Below are positions 62,801-64,000 of a stretch of DNA of 64,000 nt, piece by piece. Every line of letters starts with the position of its first letter. The first letter of the stretch is position 1. The notes beneath the pieces were generated by a model that saw only the letters and a list, made by a program, of their open reading frames with translations, was not told where the DNA came from and did no database searches. Source of the DNA: Neoechinorhynchus agilis. Its lineage: Eukaryota; Animalia; Acanthocephala. Both the position numbers and the translations under genes were made by a program. The stretch spans positions 4,194,784 to 4,258,783 of the forward strand of contig CM121341.1 of the NCBI GenBank assembly GCA_051530055.1, read 5' to 3'.

Positions 62801-64000
62801 TTGTGTTAAGAAACGACCGATTTGATCACATAGCCAGATTGATTAGTCTCAAATTTAAAGAATAAAACAGTCTGAGCCAATTTGCTTTTGATTGAAATAG
62901 TATTTATTTCGGCGCATTACTATGAAGAAATCTACTGGATTGGAATTTTTAATCCCGAATTTTTTATATGCTTGCTAACAAACTCTTGATTTAAAAAGAT
63001 CTACGATGACTTAATGCTATAAATTAATTGATTTCAGTCTTTGACTTTTCCCATTGCAGTAGAAAAGAGTTTAAATATACAGCTCTAACCTAATTGGACA
63101 TGAGATTTTTTGACTGTGCGATTTCATGAACGCAATCTAATTATGCATTCATTTGTCTGCTCCTGAAAAGACAAAAGAGAACACGTCGAAAGCTTATGTT
63201 CGTCTTATGACTTGAACTCTAGCTTGTCATATTCTCTTACGTCCTTCTCCTGGCAGCAAAGTTATGATCCTAGAATTATATTAATCAACAAGATAAAATT
63301 ATTAGATGAAAATGTAGTAGTCATAAAGTAACGGATCGTGAAATATTGAATCGATATACGAAATTTCACTAGGAGAAACAACTTTCTCTTTTATCTTCTT
63401 TCGAAATGTCTCAATATTTTCTATCCGGATTAGCATTTGAGAAATCTTTATTTTTCGTACAATTTTTGTACTGGTGGAACGAGAAGTATTCTTTAGAACC
63501 GAATTGTCTGTAAGATTTGATGAATTAGTTCTTTAAATTTGAGGCCGGCTAGGTGGCCTTTTGTTTCTTAACGAACAAAGGATTTTCCATTTTTATGTTT
63601 TCTAAGAACAGTTAAGTCACTTTAACAAATTGAATTTTCACTTAGTAGTGACAGCAAAAAAGTTAGCTCGTTTAAGATGATTTTCTTTTAACCAGTCTAA
63701 AGTTTTTAAGATACGAGATAAACCGTTGTCCTTAAACTCGGAAATCCCGCTTCAATGCATCTTGCCACCCTTTTCATAATCTAAGACACCAACATGTGGA
63801 AAAAGTGTCCAAAAATGAGACCTTCTCGCTTCCTTTGTTTCATACTAACCCAGTGCTCAAACGTTTTGATTTTCTGTCTCCATAATGAGTCTTAGAAAAG
63901 ATCTATAGCACGAATGGAGAACGTGCCACCTAATGGCACATTAGAAAGGTAGATTAAATAATGCAAAGTATTTTGTAAGGTCCAGAAAAGAGAAAGCGCC

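Overview
AT-rich eukaryotic, apparently animal, genomic DNA (G-alpha-o, FICD/HYPE, TMEM70, TGS1 and HDHD3-like genes). About 1-27 kb is mostly decayed non-LTR retrotransposons: several copies of an APE-RT LINE family, one CR1/L2-like element, CRE-like 3' ends and an RTE 5' end with a twister ribozyme. It also holds TGS1 and a head-to-head inverted pair of eIF3e-PCI-like ORFs. About 28-64 kb holds intron-poor host genes, each followed by a tandem array, plus a second RTE relic and TA-flanked foldback elements. Main observation: four conserved genes (G-alpha-o, TMEM70, FICD paralog 2, HDHD3) are split by stop-containing insertions of 51-1510 bp with inverted repeats near their ends. The joins that preserve protein length are not GT-AG; they fall on TA/TTAC/T microhomologies or on GT...CT/TT ends. 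This suggests non-canonical introner-type introns or IES-like DNA excision. Second observation: the two tandem FICD paralogs differ at the autoinhibitory glutamate (E versus H). All assignments come from motif recognition by eye; no searches were run, and relic boundaries are approximate.
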